From an uncultured Muribaculaceae bacterium (GTDB taxonomy: Bacteria; Bacteroidota; Bacteroidia; Bacteroidales; UBA932): a stretch of DNA of 64,000 bases. The position numbers and the translations under genes were made by a program. The stretch is from positions 6,516 through 70,515 of the forward strand of contig CAZFTS010000004.1 in assembly GCA_964521685.1 (NCBI GenBank), written 5' to 3'. Shown one piece after another: positions 51,058-59,244 of the stretch. Every line of letters starts with the position of its first letter. The first letter of the stretch is position 1. The notes under the pieces are model-generated. The model ran no database searches and was not told the origin of the DNA. It worked only from the letters and a program-made list of their open reading frames with translations.

Positions 51058-51179
51058 AAACATTTATCTCTGAGATTTTTTGACAAACGCCACAAATACA
51101 GTAACTTAATTTCAAGCTCGGTTCTGTTTAAGTGTTTAGATATCAATGTTTTGTCAAAAAATCTCAGAGATATATGTTT
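51058..51179. repeat. 122-bp element bounded by 30-bp inverted repeats (29/30 identical)
   Basis: AAACATTTATCTCTGAGATTTTTTGACAAA (51058-51087) versus the reverse complement of 51150-51179; 62-nt spacer. Confidence 0.9.
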
Positions 51180-51269
51180 CACCCGCCTTTAATTATCTCA
51201 TGTAAAGATTGGAAAGTCAATCCATTTCAATTACACTGCAAAAAGTTCAACTATGTAACTTAAAATTGC

Positions 51270-51277
51270 TATATTTG
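51270..51277 (+). promoter_or_regulatory. -7 box upstream of hydrogenase operon 1
   Basis: TATATTTG about 145 nt before the ATG, followed by the inverted repeat TGCAATT-N7-AATTGCA (51280-51300). Confidence 0.55.
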
Positions 51278-51420
51278 ATTGCAATTATTTTAAAATTGCA
51301 ACTTACACCTGTGAGAATGTAATTAAAAGTGTGAAAAGGTTAAGTGTGGCTTTACAAGTTCCTTGATTCCCAGAGATTTCAGTTGAACTAGATACAAACC
51401 AAAAAACTTAAAGGAAGCCT

Positions 51421-51957
51421 ATGAACACAAAAGACGAGAACTATGTCGATAGATCTTCTATCGACGAGATTATCTCCAGGCACAAAGGTAAACCGGGTGA
51501 GTTGCTTACCGTAATGGAGGAGATCCAGGAGGCGAGTGAATTCAAATATCTGGATACCGAGAGTCTGGATTATCTCTCTGCCAAAACAAAAGTGCCGCTT
51601 TCACAAATTTACAGCGTTGCCACTTTCTACTCATTTTTTAACTTAAAACCTCAGGGGAAACACACAGTGATTGTGTGCAGGGGAACTGCCTGTCACACTA
51701 AGGGATCCAAAGTGCTGTTGGATGACCTCTCTGCCCTTCCGGGATGTAAAGATGCGCTGGAGGCAGGAGAGACCAGTTTCACTACCGATGACAGACTCAT
51801 TACCGTAAAAACAGTTGCATGCTTTGGCCAATGTGCCCTGGCTCCAGTTGTTGCAGTAGACGGAGTTATCTATAGCAATGTAACATCGGAACAGATTAAG
51901 AAAATTTTACAAAACTTACAGGAGGATAATAGAGATGAGAATATCAGACTTTGCTAA
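51421..51957 (+). CDS. hydC: [FeFe]-hydrogenase 1 gamma subunit (NuoE/HydC-like, 2Fe-2S)
   Basis: VATFYSFF, CRGTAC and CFGQCALAP. Confidence 0.9.
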   Translation: MNTKDENYVDRSSIDEIISRHKGKPGELLTVMEEIQEASEFKYLDTESLDYLSAKTKVPLSQIYSVATFYSFFNLKPQGKHTVIVCRGTACHTKGSKVLLDDLSALPGCKDALEAGETSFTTDDRLITVKTVACFGQCALAPVVAVDGVIYSNVTSEQIKKILQNLQEDNRDENIRLC

Positions 51958-54900
51958 GCTAACGGAGTTAAAGGAGAGAGCGTCAAAGAAAATCCTTCCT
52001 GATAAACCTTATGTTGCTATAGGAATGGGCACCTGCGGAATCGGACGTGGTGCCGAGGTGCTGTTTGACAGTTTCGAGAGGATAATTAAAGAGAGAAATC
52101 TTGATATAATTCTCAAAAAAACAGGATGTTTCGGCTTTTGTGCCGAGGAGCCGCTTATAAACATCTACATACCCGGCAAGCCCCTTATAATAATGCACAG
52201 AGTCTCTGAAAATGACGTTGTCCCAATCGTAATCGGAATAGAAAAGGGGATAATGCCTTACAGAAATATAATGTGCAGAATTGAGGAGTGGGACTTTATC
52301 ACAGGTAAATTTAAATTCGGAGAGGGCTTGACCGAGTATCCGCTCTGGAACGAGGTTCCTTTCTTTAAATGGCAAAAGAAGATAGTTTTAAGAAATTGTG
52401 GCCTTATTGTTCCGGATGATATTGAGGAGTATATTGCAGTCGGAGGTTTCTTCCCTCTTTACAAAGCCCTCCATGAAATGAATCCGGCCTCTGTAATTGA
52501 AGAGGTTAAAGGTTCAAAACTAAGGGGTCGCGGTGGTGCTGGTTTTCCTACAGGAGTTAAATGGGAGCTTATGGCTAAAGTTGAGGCCGATCAGAAGTAC
52601 ATTATTTGCAATGCCGACGAGGGTGACCCGGGAGCTTTTATGAACAGAAACGAAATCGAGAGTGATCCGTTTATGTTAATCGAAGGAATGACAATTGGTG
52701 CTTTTGCAATGGGAGCTTCAAAGGGCGTTGTCTATATCAGAGCAGAATATCCGCTTGCAGTTCAAAGACTTAAAGGCGCTATAAAACAAGCAAAAGAGCA
52801 TGGTCTGCTTGGTGATAATATACTTAATTCGGGATTTAATTTTAATATTGATATTGTTGAAGGTGCCGGAGCATTTGTTTGCGGCGAGGAGACTGCGTTG
52901 ATACACAGTATTGAGGGTCGGTCAGGCCGTCCGACTCCACGTCCACCTTATCCGGCACAAAAGGGTCTGTATGGGAAACCTACTAACATCAACAACGTTG
53001 AGACATGGTGCAATGTTCCAGTAATTATCTCCAAAGGTGGCGAATGGTTGACCGGAACAGGTACAGAAAAAAGCCCGGGAACAAAAGTATTTTCACTGGT
53101 AGGAAAGGTAAGAAACACAGGTCTGGTTGAACTCCCGCTGGGATCAACACTTGAGACGATAGTGTTTAAAATCGGAGAGGGCACCGGTTCACACAAGAGG
53201 GTTAAAGCTGTTCAGACAGGAGGACCATCTGGAGGTTGTATTCCGGTTGAGTATCTGAATACTCCAGTTGATTATGAGTCTCTGAATTCGCTTGGGACCA
53301 TTATGGGTTCGGGAGGTATGGTTGTCATGGATGAAGATAACTGTATGGTAGACGTAGCCCGCTACTTTACCGAGTTTTCTAATGGTGAGTCCTGCGGTAA
53401 ATGTACACCATGCCGGGAAGGTCTTGCCCAGACTCTCTCTATCCTTAACAGGGTTACTGAAGGTAATGCAAATGCCGAGGATATTGATAAACTAATTAAA
53501 CTGGGACAAGTTATTAAAAGCACTGCTCTGTGTGGTCTTGGACAGACAGCTCCGAATCCGGTTCTGACAACTTTGAGATACTTCAGGGATGAGTACGATC
53601 ACCATATGATTGAGAAGAAGTGTGAACCGGGAATCTGCCATTCACTCTTTACTGCATTGTGTATCAACAGCTGCCCTATGCATATGAATATCCCGAGATA
53701 TCTGCAGCTGCTCAAGGAAGATAAGATTGAAGATGCATTTGAATCGACACTCAGAGATAATCCGCTTCCATCAACTATCGGACGTATCTGTCACTTTCAC
53801 TGTCAGATGAAGTGTCTGCGCGAAACTATAGATGCTCCTGTTTCACAGGGCGATATCCACAGATATATCTCCGATACGGTTTATAAAGAGGGTAAGGCTC
53901 AGAAGATTTATAACAGGCTCATTAAAGAGAAGCTTTCTCCGACTTATAAGAAGATTGCAATTATCGGAGGAGGACCTGCCGGTCTTACTTCTGCTTTCTA
54001 CCTGGTGAGGTTGGGTCATGACGTTACAATATTTGAATCTGAGAGTGCAGCCGGAGGTATTTTACGTTGGGGAATTCCAAAATACAGATTACCACTTGAA
54101 ACCCTGGATAGTGAAATTCAGTTTATTAAAGATTTGGGTGTCCATTTTGTGTTTAATACCACCGTTGGAAAAGATATTACTTTGGAAGAGCTTGAAAGAG
54201 ACTATCATAAGGTAATAATTGCTATAGGTGCGCATAAGGATGTAATGCTCAACATTGAGGGTAACCACCTTGAGGGGGTAATCTCCGGAATGGATTTCCT
54301 TAAAGATGTTTCAAAGGGTGTAAATCCAAATATCGGTAAAAATGTGGTGGTTATAGGTGCAGGTAACGTAGCAATCGATGCTGCCAGAACTGCTCACCGA
54401 TTCGGTGCCGAGGTAACTGTGGTATACAGAAGGTTAAAATCTGATATGCCTGCAAATAAGGACGAGATTAAAGAGGCCGAAATTGAGGGTGTTAACTATC
54501 TGTTCCTGAGTAACCCTAAAGAGATCCTGGCAGATGTTAACGATAGAGTGAGAGGTATTGAGCTTACAAAGATGAATTGTGGCGATATTGACCTTTCGAA
54601 CCGTCGTAAACCTGTACCTACCGGTGAATCGTTTATTATTGGTTGCGATACAGTTATCATGGCTGTCGGTGAAGAGGTTGAGGCTCCGTTTATTAAGGAG
54701 TTCGGCATAAAGGTTCACTCAGATGGTACCATCTACGCCGACCACTTTACATTTGAGACCAACCATCCTAAGGTTTATGCAATTGGTGATGCAGTAACCG
54801 GTCCGGCAACTGCTGCCGAGGCTATGGGTATTGCTAAGAAGGCTGCCGAGATGATTGATTACAAGCTCATGAATAAGAGACGTTTCCATAAATTGTTCAG

Positions 54901-55099
54901 AGGATTTGATTATAGCGACGATGTTCCGCTCAAACCAGAGGGAGGCAACCGCCACTATTCAATCAAACGACCACTCGAAGAGAGAATTGGTAATTTCAAA
55001 GAGATTAATCTTGGTTATTCAAGAGAGCAGGCTTATGCCGAGGCTTCAAGGTGTCTGCGTTGCGATGTCAGGGTAACCGTTAACAATGAGGAGGAATAA
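51935..55099 (+). CDS. hydB: [FeFe]-hydrogenase 1 beta subunit: thioredoxin-like Fe-S domain + NuoF/HydB core + GltD/NfnB-like FAD/NADP(H) oxidoreductase fusion
   Basis: GRGGAGFPTG, NADEGDPGAFM, GGPSGG, ESCGKCTPCREG; then CINSCP, GRICHFHCQMKC, GGGPAG, GAGNVAID..YRR and EASRCLRC. Confidence 0.9.
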   Translation: MRISDFAKLTELKERASKKILPDKPYVAIGMGTCGIGRGAEVLFDSFERIIKERNLDIILKKTGCFGFCAEEPLINIYIPGKPLIIMHRVSENDVVPIVIGIEKGIMPYRNIMCRIEEWDFITGKFKFGEGLTEYPLWNEVPFFKWQKKIVLRNCGLIVPDDIEEYIAVGGFFPLYKALHEMNPASVIEEVKGSKLRGRGGAGFPTGVKWELMAKVEADQKYIICNADEGDPGAFMNRNEIESDPFMLIEGMTIGAFAMGASKGVVYIRAEYPLAVQRLKGAIKQAKEHGLLGDNILNSGFNFNIDIVEGAGAFVCGEETALIHSIEGRSGRPTPRPPYPAQKGLYGKPTNINNVETWCNVPVIISKGGEWLTGTGTEKSPGTKVFSLVGKVRNTGLVELPLGSTLETIVFKIGEGTGSHKRVKAVQTGGPSGGCIPVEYLNTPVDYESLNSLGTIMGSGGMVVMDEDNCMVDVARYFTEFSNGESCGKCTPCREGLAQTLSILNRVTEGNANAEDIDKLIKLGQVIKSTALCGLGQTAPNPVLTTLRYFRDEYDHHMIEKKCEPGICHSLFTALCINSCPMHMNIPRYLQLLKEDKIEDAFESTLRDNPLPSTIGRICHFHCQMKCLRETIDAPVSQGDIHRYISDTVYKEGKAQKIYNRLIKEKLSPTYKKIAIIGGGPAGLTSAFYLVRLGHDVTIFESESAAGGILRWGIPKYRLPLETLDSEIQFIKDLGVHFVFNTTVGKDITLEELERDYHKVIIAIGAHKDVMLNIEGNHLEGVISGMDFLKDVSKGVNPNIGKNVVVIGAGNVAIDAARTAHRFGAEVTVVYRRLKSDMPANKDEIKEAEIEGVNYLFLSNPKEILADVNDRVRGIELTKMNCGDIDLSNRRKPVPTGESFIIGCDTVIMAVGEEVEAPFIKEFGIKVHSDGTIYADHFTFETNHPKVYAIGDAVTGPATAAEAMGIAKKAAEMIDYKLMNKRRFHKLFRGFDYSDDVPLKPEGGNRHYSIKRPLEERIGNFKEINLGYSREQAYAEASRCLRCDVRVTVNNEEE

Positions 55100-55101
55100 T
55101 T

Positions 55102-56874
55102 ATGGAAAAAAAGAAAATAGGTGTAAAAATTGACGGAAGGGATTACAACGTGGGTTCGGGTAAGACCATCCTTGAGGCCTGTAAAGAGGTGGGGATTAAA
55201 ATTCCCTCACTCTGTTATCTGAAAGATGTTTCGCATAACGCCTCCTGCGCTATTTGCGTGGTTGATGTAAAAGGTGCCAAATCTATGGTACGTTCATGCG
55301 TTACCTCTGTAGGAGAGGGGATGGAGATTACGACCCACTCTCCGGCAATAAATCAGGCCAGAAAACTAAATCTGGAACTTATACTTGCCAACCACCCGAA
55401 AGAGTGTCTAATCTGCGAGAGAAACGGCAATTGTGAACTACAGACTCTGTGTTCCGACCTAGGTATGACAGAGACAGCCTTCCCTCGTACCAAACCGAAC
55501 GAGGCTATGGATGAGACATCACTCTCTTTGGTAAGAAATCCGGACAAATGTATACTTTGCGGTCGTTGTATTGCGGTTTGTGCCGATGTTCAGACTGTTT
55601 ACGCAATCGATTTTGCCGGAAGGGGTTTGAGAAGCAAGGTATCTACCTACCAGCACAGAGGACTTGGAAATGTTGCATGTACAAACTGCGGCCAGTGTGC
55701 ACTGGTTTGTCCGACAGCTGCAATTGTCGAGAAGGATGATACTGCTGCCGTATTTGCCGATATCTACAATAAGGATAAGGTAGTTGTTGTTCAGACTGCT
55801 CCTGCAATCAGAGTTGGTATCGGTGAGGCTATGGGTATGGCAGAGGGGGCTCTGGTTACCGGGAAGATGGTTGCCTCCCTGAGAAAGCTTGGTTTTGATA
55901 AAGTGTTTGACACTCAGTTTACAGCCGACCTCACAATTATGGAGGAGGGACACGAACTCATAAGCAGAATTAAAAATGGCGGAACCCTGCCTATGGTTAC
56001 CTCATGCTCGCCGGGGTGGATCAAGTTCATCGAACACTTCTTCCCTAAATCGCTTAAACATCTCTCTACCTGCAAATCGCCGCAGCAGATGTTCGGTGCG
56101 GTTGCCAAGACATACTATGCCGAGAAGCTGAACATCGATCCGCGCAAACTGGTAGTTGTCTCGATAATGCCTTGTACTGCAAAGAAATTTGAGTGCAAGC
56201 GTCCAGAGATGAACTCTGCATTCCATTACTGGAAGGATAAACTCAATCTGACAGAGAAGGAGAACTTCTATGATGTAGATTATGTTCTTACCACCCGCGA
56301 ACTGGCCAAGATGTTCAAAAAGACCGGTGTTGACTTCAGCTCTCTTAAAGAGGAGGAGTTTGACCATCCGCTTGGAATCTCAACCGGGGCCGGAGTTATC
56401 TTCGGAGCAACCGGTGGTGTTATGGAGGCTGCTGTGAGAACCGCATACGAAGTGCTTACCGGTAGACCGCTGGAGAAGATAGATCTGAACATTGTCAGAG
56501 GATTTGAAGGCATTAAGGAGGCCGAACTTGACATAGACGGTACAAAAATCAAGGTAGCCGTAGCTCACACCCTGAAAAATGCAAGAGCGCTGTTCGATCA
56601 GATAGAAGAGGGCAAATCTCCGTATGCATTTATTGAGGTGATGACCTGTCCGGGCGGATGTCTGGGAGGTGGTGGTCAGGCAATTCCAACTACCTGGGAG
56701 ATCAGACAGAAGAGGGCAGATTCAATCTATAAAGAGGATACCCTTCATGCAATTCGTAAATCTCATGAAAATCCGGCGATTGTAGCTATCTACAAAGAGT
56801 TCCTGAAAGAGCCTCTGGGACACCACTCACATGAGCTGCTTCACACAGAGTATGTAGAGAGAGGGATCTATTAA
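55102..56874 (+). CDS. hydA: [FeFe]-hydrogenase 1 catalytic subunit (group A, 2Fe-2S plus three 4Fe-4S plus H-cluster)
   Basis: P1 TSCSPGW, P2 MPCTAKKFE, P3 EVMTCPGGCLGGGGQ; HxxxCxxCxxxxxC and two ferredoxin motifs. Confidence 0.96.
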   Translation: MEKKKIGVKIDGRDYNVGSGKTILEACKEVGIKIPSLCYLKDVSHNASCAICVVDVKGAKSMVRSCVTSVGEGMEITTHSPAINQARKLNLELILANHPKECLICERNGNCELQTLCSDLGMTETAFPRTKPNEAMDETSLSLVRNPDKCILCGRCIAVCADVQTVYAIDFAGRGLRSKVSTYQHRGLGNVACTNCGQCALVCPTAAIVEKDDTAAVFADIYNKDKVVVVQTAPAIRVGIGEAMGMAEGALVTGKMVASLRKLGFDKVFDTQFTADLTIMEEGHELISRIKNGGTLPMVTSCSPGWIKFIEHFFPKSLKHLSTCKSPQQMFGAVAKTYYAEKLNIDPRKLVVVSIMPCTAKKFECKRPEMNSAFHYWKDKLNLTEKENFYDVDYVLTTRELAKMFKKTGVDFSSLKEEEFDHPLGISTGAGVIFGATGGVMEAAVRTAYEVLTGRPLEKIDLNIVRGFEGIKEAELDIDGTKIKVAVAHTLKNARALFDQIEEGKSPYAFIEVMTCPGGCLGGGGQAIPTTWEIRQKRADSIYKEDTLHAIRKSHENPAIVAIYKEFLKEPLGHHSHELLHTEYVERGIY

Positions 56875-56897
56875 CAGAATCCTACTGTTTTAAAGTT

Positions 56898-56934
56898 GAC
56901 CGGTCCGGTATTTTTACCGACCGGTCTCTTTTTT
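56898..56934 (+). terminator. Terminator of hydrogenase operon 1
   Basis: GACCGGTcCGGTA-tttt-TACCGACCGGTC followed by tcTTTTTT. Confidence 0.8.
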
Positions 56935-57008
56935 ACTTGCATATCAGGGATTATCTTTCTAATTTTGAGTAAAATTCGGGCCCGTTGCAAACTCTAATAC
57001 CTCTAAAA

Positions 57009-57377
57009 ATGGAAATCGTAAGACTAACATCATGCAGTACATCATTTGATGCAAACATAATAAAATCGAAACTTGGAGATGCTGGAATTGAGTGCTTTAT
57101 CACAAATGAAAATTTCAGCACCATCTATCCCTTTCTTACAAGTGGTATTGATATAATGGTCAACGAGACCGATCTTGAGAGGGCTAAAGAGGTTATTTCT
57201 GATATTCCTGAAAAAGAGATTGTTTGCCCGAAATGTGGTTCGAAAAATGTAAAAATGGGTCTCGGTTCAAATCCAATAAAAAAGATTTTCCTGATTCTGA
57301 TTGCAGTACTATCTTTCAGCCCTGTCGGGAATGTGAAGGCGCAATACAGATGCAAAGATTGCAAAACCCTGTTTTAA
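57009..57377 (+). CDS. DUF2007-like putative signal-transduction protein with a zinc ribbon and a TM segment
   Basis: ANIIKSKLGDAGIECF..E, then CPKCGS, a hydrophobic segment and CKDC. TAATTTTG box at 56960-56967. Confidence 0.75.
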   Translation: MEIVRLTSCSTSFDANIIKSKLGDAGIECFITNENFSTIYPFLTSGIDIMVNETDLERAKEVISDIPEKEIVCPKCGSKNVKMGLGSNPIKKIFLILIAVLSFSPVGNVKAQYRCKDCKTLF

Positions 57378-57378
57378 T

Positions 57379-57411
57379 AAAAAAAGGTGGCTTATCGGAA
57401 GCCACCCTTTT
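57379..57411. terminator. Bidirectional terminator between the DUF2007-like gene and hydA2
   Basis: A-run, GGTGGCTT-atcgg-AAGCCACC, then cTTTT. Confidence 0.82.
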
Positions 57412-57435
57412 ACTTGAATACTGATTTGTAATTAT

Positions 57436-59226
57436 TTACCGACGTTTGCGCAGGGTGTATTTTGTGTGCAGGAGCTTGTGGGATACTTCGCCGCATGGTT
57501 TTACAAGGAAGTCCTGGTAAATCTTAACAACTTCGGGGTTGAGGTGTGACTTTCTGAGCGGCATGCCGGCGTCTTCGGCGTAGATGGCTGCTGCTCTTTT
57601 TGCACGTATCTCAGGGCTGGTTGGCAGTGGTTGACCGCCGCCACCGAGACATCCGCCCGGACATGCCATGAACTCGATGAAGTGGTAGTTGGCTTTTCCG
57701 TTTTTTACATCATCCATCAATGTTTTTGCATTGGCAAGCCCGTGTGCTATTGCACATTTTAGTTCGACACCTTCAAGGAAGCTCCACTCTTTGAGGGTGT
57801 TCTCGATTTTGATGGTTGCCTGTCTCATACCTTCAATACCGCGAACAGGGGTTATGTTGAGGTTTTCAAACGGTACTTCACGACCTGTAACCAGTTCATA
57901 AGCAGTTCTGAGTGCAGCCTCCATAACACCACCGGTTGCTCCGAAGATTACGCCGGCTCCGGTAGATTCTCCCATAAGCCTGTCATAGTGGGCATCTTCA
58001 AGCTTAAGGAAGTCAATTCCTGCCTGTTTAATCATAATTGCAAGCTCGCGGGTAGTAAGAACATAATCTACATCCCGGTATCCGCTATCGTGCATCTCAG
58101 GACGGTTTGCCTCAAATTTCTTGGCGGTACATGGCATTATAGAGACAGAGATTATGTTTGCAGGGTCCAGATTTCTGGCTTTTGCATAGTAGGTTTTAAC
58201 CAGCGCACCAAACATCTGCTGAGGCGATTTGCAAGTCGAGAGATTTCCGAGATACTCCGGATACATATGTTCGATGAACTTGATCCAGCCTGGTGAACAG
58301 GATGTAGCCATCGGAAGTTTTACAGTAGGATCTTTATCTACCAGAGCCTTTTTAAGTCTGGTCAAAAGCTCTGTCCCCTCTTCCATAATGGTGAGGTCGG
58401 CTGTAAAGTCTGTGTCCATAACGGCATCGAATCCAAGCCTTTTCAGTGCAGATACCATCTTGCCGGTAACTCTTTCACCCGGGTCGAAACCAAGCTCTTC
58501 TCCCAATCCGACACGCACTGCAGGAGCTGTCTGAACAACCACATGTTTGGTTTTATCGGCAATAGCACTCCACACCTCTTCAATGTAGTTCTTCTCTACA
58601 AGTGCTCCGGTAGGGCAGTGGTTAATACACTGTCCGCAGTTTGTACAGACAACATCGTTCATCGCCTTCTCAAAGAAGGTTGTGATTTTTGCATGCTCGC
58701 CTTTGTATGACATTGTGAGAGCATTTACCCCCTGAAGTTCGGCACAGGTGCGAACACACCTCTGGCAACGGATACATTTGCTGTCATCCTTAATAATGGA
58801 TGGAGAGAACATATCAATTGTGTAGTTGTGGTATGGAACAAGATTTATAAAATCCTGGTTCATTATCTTATACTCAGATGCCAGATTCTGAAGCTCGCAT
58901 TTTCCGTTTTTGTAACAACTTGTACAATCGGCATTGTGTTCGGAAAGGAGCAATTCAATTATATGTTTCCTTGAATTCCGAACCTTTAAAGAGTTAGTAA
59001 GAACCTCCATACCCTCTTCACAAGGGGTAGCGCAGGCCGGTGAAAGTCTCTTTTGACCTACCAGTTCAACAACGCAAACCCTGCAGTTTCCCGATACACA
59101 AAGATCTTTGTGGTAACAGAGAGTGGGTACGATTACTCCTGCCTGACGGGCTGCCTCAAGAATAGAGGCACCTTTAGCAACCTCTACGGTCGCTCCGTTT
59201 ATAGTTATTTTCAGATTTTTTCCCAT
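57436..59226 (-). CDS. hydA: [FeFe]-hydrogenase 2 catalytic subunit (group A)
   Basis: TSCSPGW, MPCTAKKFE and EFMACPGGCLGGGGQP; full F-domain Cys motifs. Confidence 0.97.
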   Translation of the reverse strand: MGKNLKITINGATVEVAKGASILEAARQAGVIVPTLCYHKDLCVSGNCRVCVVELVGQKRLSPACATPCEEGMEVLTNSLKVRNSRKHIIELLLSEHNADCTSCYKNGKCELQNLASEYKIMNQDFINLVPYHNYTIDMFSPSIIKDDSKCIRCQRCVRTCAELQGVNALTMSYKGEHAKITTFFEKAMNDVVCTNCGQCINHCPTGALVEKNYIEEVWSAIADKTKHVVVQTAPAVRVGLGEELGFDPGERVTGKMVSALKRLGFDAVMDTDFTADLTIMEEGTELLTRLKKALVDKDPTVKLPMATSCSPGWIKFIEHMYPEYLGNLSTCKSPQQMFGALVKTYYAKARNLDPANIISVSIMPCTAKKFEANRPEMHDSGYRDVDYVLTTRELAIMIKQAGIDFLKLEDAHYDRLMGESTGAGVIFGATGGVMEAALRTAYELVTGREVPFENLNITPVRGIEGMRQATIKIENTLKEWSFLEGVELKCAIAHGLANAKTLMDDVKNGKANYHFIEFMACPGGCLGGGGQPLPTSPEIRAKRAAAIYAEDAGMPLRKSHLNPEVVKIYQDFLVKPCGEVSHKLLHTKYTLRKRR

Positions 59227-59244
59227 AAAAATAATTTTTGCAGA

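Noticed and set aside
51310..51360. Possible Rex operator upstream of hydrogenase operon 1
   Set aside because: Only TGTGA half-sites are present; there is no convincing TTGTGAA-N4-TTCACAA palindrome.
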